Sequence record: MT446416.1
Reading direction: 5' to 3' (one strand)
DNA length: 64,000 nt
The notes under the pieces are model-generated. The model did no database searches and was not told the origin of the DNA. It saw only the letters and a list, made by a program, of their open reading frames with translations. The position numbers and the translations under genes were made by a program. Below, in pieces: positions 58,406 through 64,000 of the stretch. The stretch's first letter is position 1. Every line of letters starts with the position of its first letter.

Positions 58406-60553
58406 TTAATAGATATCATCAATTGTACAGTAACTTATAGTACTAAAACCATCTTCTTTAGTTACTTTAAGTATATGTTCAGTCTTAGAAACTAGTTCTT
58501 CTCTATGAGAGATGATATATACATTTTTATTTCTGATAGCAGCCATGTCATTGAAGATTGACCACACTTTAACAACACCACTTGAATCAAGACCAACATC
58601 ACAAGCTTCATCTAGTGCTATTAGATTGATACTTTGGTATAATGACTCATATGTATCACGGAAAGCACATGATAAAGCAATGTTTACCCTTGTACGCTCA
58701 CCACGACTAAGCTGTTTATAGTCAAAGTACTGACCACTTTTCTCAATTTCTACACTCAAATCATTCAAGAACACAACATTATGTTCAGAACCACACATAT
58801 CAATGTAATATTGAAGACGTGTATTCAGATACGAAATGTTTTGTTCAATAATACGCTTACGGACATAAGAATCCTTGTTTAACAACAATTTAACCAAGAA
58901 ATCTTGGTGATTTGCCATCTTATCAAGGTTATTATAGTCACTATAGTCGATTGGTACTAATGAATCGGTAGTAAGTGTATTAATTTGTCCAATAAATGTG
59001 TTAGTAGTTTTCAATTCACGATCTAATTGCTGTGATAATGAAGTTACTGTCATTTCTAACTCTTTTACTTCAGATTTATTCAATGTATCTGGTACTTCTT
59101 GAAGAACATGTGCGTTCAGTTCTTCATATGATGACATAAGTTCATTAGCATAGATGTTAATTTGCTCTTCTTCACTCTTTTTAATAAGTTCTTGAAGCTT
59201 ATGCTCATGCATTTGTGCTTCAGTTAGTGTAGAATAGAATGTCACAGGCTTAGGTGGCATATCAAAAATCTCAATACTATCAATTTCCTGAAGTATTGTT
59301 TCAATTTCAGAAGTGGAACTATCAATTTTCGATTGAAGTTCATTAATAGTATTTTGAATTTTATCTTTAATAGACGAAGTATGTTCATTATGTTCTAATT
59401 CGGACATACAAAGTGGACATTTACTACTCTCCACTGTTGCTAATTTGTCCACCTCAGCACGTAACGAACTCTCATGACCATTTAAAGCCACCTTTAATGC
59501 GTTAAGTTTTTGTTCTTTGAAACGTTTTTGGTTATTATTCTCTTTTAGAATACCCTCCAATTGTTTCCATATCTCCAACTCATTGTGATTTTCTAATTCA
59601 GTACTGATATCAATAGTTTTTAGCTTATCAATACTTACATTTAATGCTAATTTTGCTGTTGCTAGTTCACGGTCATATGCATCATACTTCAAAGCTAACT
59701 CTTGCACACGTCTTTCTATTTGATCACGAGCAGCATTATGAATAAGAGCTTTCTCTTTCACTTCTGCCAAATCATAGAGATCGTTGAAGTCTAAAGTTTT
59801 GTAGATATTCAATTCTTCAGTCAACTTAGATACTCTATTATTTTTATCAATCTCAAATTGGTTAGCTTGTTCTTGTAATGATTCAATACTTTTTTGAATA
59901 CGTTCATTACTTGCAGCCACAGTTTCAATTTTGAACTTTTCTTGTTCAGCTAAACGTTTAGAATCTTTATACATATCCTTTAATAGTTCAGCTTTCTCTG
60001 TTAATTGTGTGATGCCCAGAAGTTCCTCAATCATATCACGTTGTTTCTGTGATGATAATGCAAGAAACGGCTCTACGTTAGCATTAAGTACTACAATATG
60101 TTCAAATAGTAGTTGAGAAATCCCAAGAATCTCGTTTAGATCTTCTTGTGTATCTTTCTTCTCCCCTCTTGACTCATCTTCGACCTTATTATCTTTACCT
60201 AATGTAATAAAGTTGAAATACGTGGGACTTCTCCCACGCTCGACGAGATATTGTACACCATCTTTCTCGAACTCAACAGATACTTCACAGTTTTTAGCAT
60301 TAGTTTTATTAACTAAGTTTGGAATTTTGATATCGTTACCAATACTTTTTCCAAACAAACCAAAAACTAAACCTTGAATGATGGCACTTTTACCAACACC
60401 ATTACGGCGACCGGAACTATCACCACCTTCAATAACTGCATCATTGTTTTGACCAAGAACTAACGATATATCAGCACCAGACAAATCAATTACTTGTGGT
60501 GCATTGCCAAATGAAAAGAAGTTCCTCATTGATATACGTGTAATGTTTAGCAC
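58406..60553 (-). CDS. gp46: Rad50/SbcC-like recombination ATPase (gp46)
   Basis: RNFFSFGN, NGVGKS, Zn hook CPLC, LSRGE, LDE...LD. Confidence 0.92.
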   Translation of the reverse strand: MLNITRISMRNFFSFGNAPQVIDLSGADISLVLGQNNDAVIEGGDSSGRRNGVGKSAIIQGLVFGLFGKSIGNDIKIPNLVNKTNAKNCEVSVEFEKDGVQYLVERGRSPTYFNFITLGKDNKVEDESRGEKKDTQEDLNEILGISQLLFEHIVVLNANVEPFLALSSQKQRDMIEELLGITQLTEKAELLKDMYKDSKRLAEQEKFKIETVAASNERIQKSIESLQEQANQFEIDKNNRVSKLTEELNIYKTLDFNDLYDLAEVKEKALIHNAARDQIERRVQELALKYDAYDRELATAKLALNVSIDKLKTIDISTELENHNELEIWKQLEGILKENNNQKRFKEQKLNALKVALNGHESSLRAEVDKLATVESSKCPLCMSELEHNEHTSSIKDKIQNTINELQSKIDSSTSEIETILQEIDSIEIFDMPPKPVTFYSTLTEAQMHEHKLQELIKKSEEEQINIYANELMSSYEELNAHVLQEVPDTLNKSEVKELEMTVTSLSQQLDRELKTTNTFIGQINTLTTDSLVPIDYSDYNNLDKMANHQDFLVKLLLNKDSYVRKRIIEQNISYLNTRLQYYIDMCGSEHNVVFLNDLSVEIEKSGQYFDYKQLSRGERTRVNIALSCAFRDTYESLYQSINLIALDEACDVGLDSSGVVKVWSIFNDMAAIRNKNVYIISHREELVSKTEHILKVTKEDGFSTISYCTIDDIY

Positions 60554-60565
60554 AATAAATTTCCC

Positions 60566-61597
60566 TTATAGTGATCTGTAAATTTGGATTAGAAGATTTT
60601 TATCGAACATAGGTGAATCAATTTCCATGATTTGTTGTAACACAATCTCATCAACTGACTCAGTACTTTCAAAGCTTTCACCATCTTCAATAAGTTCTTT
60701 GATACTTTGCTTGCTAGTAACAACGTTAAACTCACGAATGTTATAAAGTTTAGTAAAAGTATCACGAATAAAACTAATCTCATCAGTAGTGATAGCAATA
60801 TCAACTTGAACCTTTGAAATAGTATTGTCTTGAAGATAGTAACTTGGATCTGTTAATAGTTCTGAAAGTGTAAATGTTCTATATTTTGGTGCTTCTGACC
60901 AAGAATGGAAAGTTGGTTCTTTACCATGTTCTAAAATCATCACACCTCTTGCATCATCCCATGTATCAGAAAAGTTATGTGGGAAACAGTTACCTGTGTA
61001 AATTACACGAGTTCCTTTAGATGTTGTTTTTGCTTGTCTCTTGTGGAAATGTCCACTAAAAACATACTCACAACCACCAAAAGAACCTTCAGTCTCTTTA
61101 CCATGATCTGGCATCTCAACCATTTTATTGAGCAAGTATCCAGGTAACTCTAAGTGACCAAAAACATACTTACTTTTAAGTTGAGGTAGAACTTTGTATT
61201 CATCTTCAATCATAAATGGAATGAAAGTACAATCATCAAATGTTGTGATTTCATTAATGAACTCGATGTTCTCATAAACTTGTGCCATATTAATACTAGT
61301 AATGTCACGTTTATTTTTATGATACATGTCATGGTTCCCAACTAAGAAGTAAACCTTATCGAAGTTGTCATTTAGTAATTGTAGAATTTGTAAACCATAG
61401 TTTAATGTTTGAATGTTAATATTACTGCGGTTATGGAAGTAATCTCCCATAAACACGCATACAGTAATACCATTTTTCTTAGCAAGTTCAATCATAAACT
61501 TGATGAAGTTCAAACAATCTTCGTTGTGCTGCTTGCTGTTATTCTTTAATCCTAAATGAATATCAGTAAATGTAATTGCTTTATCAAATAGAGCCAT
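60566..61597 (-). CDS. gp47: Mre11/SbcD-like nuclease (gp47)
   Basis: FTDIHLG, GDYFHNR, VGNHD, GHLE, FSGHFH. Confidence 0.92.
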   Translation of the reverse strand: MALFDKAITFTDIHLGLKNNSKQHNEDCLNFIKFMIELAKKNGITVCVFMGDYFHNRSNINIQTLNYGLQILQLLNDNFDKVYFLVGNHDMYHKNKRDITSINMAQVYENIEFINEITTFDDCTFIPFMIEDEYKVLPQLKSKYVFGHLELPGYLLNKMVEMPDHGKETEGSFGGCEYVFSGHFHKRQAKTTSKGTRVIYTGNCFPHNFSDTWDDARGVMILEHGKEPTFHSWSEAPKYRTFTLSELLTDPSYYLQDNTISKVQVDIAITTDEISFIRDTFTKLYNIREFNVVTSKQSIKELIEDGESFESTESVDEIVLQQIMEIDSPMFDKNLLIQIYRSL

Positions 61598-62423
61598 CTT
61601 CGTTTTTCCTTTCAATCATGTTCATTTCAATTTCGATTTGACGAGTGTGTGATGGTGTAAAACCATGCATCTCAAGTAAATCGTCTCGGATGTTACGAAC
61701 ATTTTTCTCACTATTAAGAATCGAACGGAAACTATTGTTAACGAACGAAGTATAGTAAGAGAAAGGATTCAACTGTACTGCTGGTTTATCTTTTTTGTAA
61801 AGAATACTCTCTTTAAAGAGAAGTGCGTTTTTAACTAATTGTATTCTGGCATCACCCATCATTTCATCCAAATATGTATAGTTTCTATAGTTGGATTTGT
61901 GTGAGATTTCCTCTGCCAGTTTAATGAACATTTTACCTAGTTCATTAGTGATTTTACCATGAACAGTACTGAATTCTCCGTCTTCAAGATCACCTTTCCA
62001 GTGAGAACGAACAACTTCGTACAGAATACCTTCTTCATCTACAATGTAATGTTTGAATGGTTCAAAATTAACTCTTGTATCTGCTGGGATATGATCATCG
62101 GTAATTACACGAATAACCACCTCATCGATAGGTACATCAGTCAGTACTAAATTGTGCTCATCTGCGTATTCCTTCGCTTTCTTCGCACTCATACCTTCTT
62201 TTTCACGAATTGCATCAAGCATTTCATTGTTGAGACGTTTAATACGTGCTGCTTTAGCTTTATCTAAAAGTTCTGCTGTAATTTCGGATTCATCAAAAAC
62301 TATATAATCATACATACTGTAGCACTTATCAAGTAACCAGCAATATGAGATTTTACTTTTTTGTATCTCACGAAGTAAATCAGCATTGTTAAGATACTTT
62401 TTACGCTTCGGCCTATTTGTCAT
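61584..62423 (-). CDS. gp55: Late transcription sigma factor (gp55-like)
   Basis: YLNNADLL..I; ELGKMFIKLAE..NYRNYTYLDEM; NPFSYYT...NSF. Confidence 0.87.
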   Translation of the reverse strand: MTNRPKRKKYLNNADLLREIQKSKISYCWLLDKCYSMYDYIVFDESEITAELLDKAKAARIKRLNNEMLDAIREKEGMSAKKAKEYADEHNLVLTDVPIDEVVIRVITDDHIPADTRVNFEPFKHYIVDEEGILYEVVRSHWKGDLEDGEFSTVHGKITNELGKMFIKLAEEISHKSNYRNYTYLDEMMGDARIQLVKNALLFKESILYKKDKPAVQLNPFSYYTSFVNNSFRSILNSEKNVRNIRDDLLEMHGFTPSHTRQIEIEMNMIERKNEDGSI

Positions 62424-62480
62424 TATTTCAACTCTCCATGTTTTAAATCCAATAGGTACATTCCTTGTACCATCAATGTT

Positions 62481-62509
62481 ATTATAGCACCAAAAACGTC
62501 TTTGTCCCA
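62481..62509 (-). promoter_or_regulatory. promoter TGGGAC-N17-TATAAT upstream of gp55-47-46
   Basis: Read directly. Confidence 0.7.
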
Positions 62510-62511
62510 CG

Positions 62512-62519
62512 TATAAATA
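62512..62519 (+). promoter_or_regulatory. late promoter TATAAATA
   Basis: Exact consensus upstream of baseplate genes. Confidence 0.78.
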
Positions 62520-62554
62520 CATCAAATGTTCCCTTCTTATGGAGAATCAAAAAG

Positions 62555-63286
62555 ATGATTGATCGTAGAATCCGATTAAGACCTAAAACCGCAGGTGCTA
62601 ACTATGTGTATGGTGATTTTGGCAACAGTTCAGAACCAACATTGCTATCGTTTCTGCGTCCAACAAATGGTTTGGTTTGGACTGTAACCCCAACTGTAAC
62701 TGAACAAAGGTCTGTTCAATATGAAACACAGTCCCCTATACATACTAACAGTAACTATAACAACTACAAGAATACAACAAACACTGTTTTCACTATCCAA
62801 GGTGAGTTTTATGCGAACACTGCTGCTGAAGCAATGTATGCATTGGCTTGTGTTCATTTTATTCGTTCCGTGTCCTTAATGGACTTTGGTCGTCAAGCAG
62901 CATCTGCTAATAATCCCGAACTAGCAATTGCAGGTGCACCACCACCAATTTTACTATTAAGTGGGTATGGTCGTTATACATATAATGATATTCCTGTTAT
63001 TTTGAAAGCATATAATTTTACATATCCAAATGATGTGTCTTACATTCAGGTTCCATTGGATAGTAGTGATAGTACTTTTAATTTATCTGATATGGATAGT
63101 CGTAAATTCTTCGAACAGCTTAGAAGTACTGGATATATGAATCCACAAGATGAGGTATGGGTTCCACAGAAAATATCGGTAACGCTTCAACTTGAAGAAC
63201 AACCAACATCTGATTACATGACTAAAAAGTTCAACCTAAATGCATTTAAGCGTGGTGAACTATTACGTAATGGAGGATTTATCTAA
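62555..63286 (+). CDS. baseplate/tail-tube initiator-like protein
   Basis: GAPPPILLLSGYG..YNDIPVIL..Y.F.YPNDV; late promoter; precedes gp53-like gene. Confidence 0.6.
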   Translation: MIDRRIRLRPKTAGANYVYGDFGNSSEPTLLSFLRPTNGLVWTVTPTVTEQRSVQYETQSPIHTNSNYNNYKNTTNTVFTIQGEFYANTAAEAMYALACVHFIRSVSLMDFGRQAASANNPELAIAGAPPPILLLSGYGRYTYNDIPVILKAYNFTYPNDVSYIQVPLDSSDSTFNLSDMDSRKFFEQLRSTGYMNPQDEVWVPQKISVTLQLEEQPTSDYMTKKFNLNAFKRGELLRNGGFI

Positions 63287-63600
63287 TGTCCAATTATAGT
63301 CAATACTCTCCTTATGCAAAGGTTAAACAAACGTGGTATCTTGGTTACAATTTACCACGTGATATGGTTCCTGCTGATACTGACGACTTCTATGTAATTC
63401 CATTGAAGTATGAGCATCAACCTTGGCGTTTAGCATACGAAATGTATGGTAATGAACGTCTGTATTATGTATTTGCCCTATTGAATCCTGATATATTAGG
63501 AGAAGACCCAATATACAATTTTAATAGTGGTATCACAATTCGTGTTCCCTCAAATCAACGAGTGCAAAACTATTTGAACGGTACTCGTAACATAGGTTAA
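63286..63600 (+). CDS. gp53: Baseplate wedge protein gp53-like (LysM-like)
   Basis: RLAYEMYG...YYVFALLNP....DPIYNF..G..IRVP. Confidence 0.75.
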   Translation: MSNYSQYSPYAKVKQTWYLGYNLPRDMVPADTDDFYVIPLKYEHQPWRLAYEMYGNERLYYVFALLNPDILGEDPIYNFNSGITIRVPSNQRVQNYLNGTRNIG

Positions 63601-63611
63601 TGGAGTAAAGT

Positions 63612-64000
63612 ATGGCAGATTTACAAAGTTCTGTTGATAATTTTAAAAATGATATTTCAAACATCACAAGTTCTGCAAAGGCAGCAAAAGAAACTGCAAC
63701 AAGTACTATTGAAAGCTTAAAAGCCACTGCTAATACTTTGCAAAATGATCTTGAAAAAGTAAAAAACAATTTTAAAGCTAAGGTTAGTAACGTACAGTCT
63801 TTACCAAAGCAAAGTGCAAGCGTTGACCAAGTGTATGAAGACTTGGATCTAAGTGAGTTTGTTATTCCTTATGACAATAAATTGTTAAAGTATGACAATC
63901 CAACTTGGCACTTTTCCCTTTTCGCATTAGACAAGGATGATTTCAAAAACTTCTGGCTTTACCCAGATGCTGAAGTTCAACGTCATGTCATCTCTGAAAG
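63612..64000 (+). CDS. putative baseplate protein (partial, runs off the window)
   Basis: GGAG SD, ATG 63612, open to the end of the window. Confidence 0.55.
   Translation, partial: MADLQSSVDNFKNDISNITSSAKAAKETATSTIESLKATANTLQNDLEKVKNNFKAKVSNVQSLPKQSASVDQVYEDLDLSEFVIPYDNKLLKYDNPTWHFSLFALDKDDFKNFWLYPDAEVQRHVISE

Overview
This is a 64 kb, AT-rich piece of a lytic T4-like jumbo myophage genome. It is probably RaK2/GAP32-like and infects enterobacteria; that is inferred from gene content, the enterobacterial-type NrdAB and CTA-biased Leu usage. It is a draft scaffold with two N gaps. It holds the core modules: nucleotide metabolism (NrdAB, DHFR, NTP-PPase), replication, recombination and repair (gp43, gp41, gp61, gp45, gp32, UvsWXY, gp46/47, two RNase H types, EndoVII), late sigma gp55, head genes (portal, protease, scaffold, capsid, terminase), baseplate/tail genes and three homing-type endonucleases. 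I saw no tRNA or CRISPR array. The most striking observation is that three late genes are broken in exactly the same way: the terminase (inside its Walker A motif) and two tandem T4-holin-like genes. In each, an in-frame CGG codon is followed by A, and skipping that C to read GGA (Gly) in the +1 frame restores a full-length protein. My manual scan found no in-frame CGG in the intact genes. This suggests a CGG-A-triggered +1 or quadruplet recoding system gating packaging and lysis, although a systematic sequencing artefact is not excluded. Other highlights are an IF3 homolog missed by the ORF track, Hfq/Sm-like and YggL-like small proteins, ten promoters with a non-canonical -35 (TGRGAC-N17-TATAAT) on T4 middle-type genes, a ~450 nt structured ncRNA candidate, a mini-DnaE, a degenerate terminase paralog, a capsid N-arm mimic peptide and a G/GT-like -1 slippery site.
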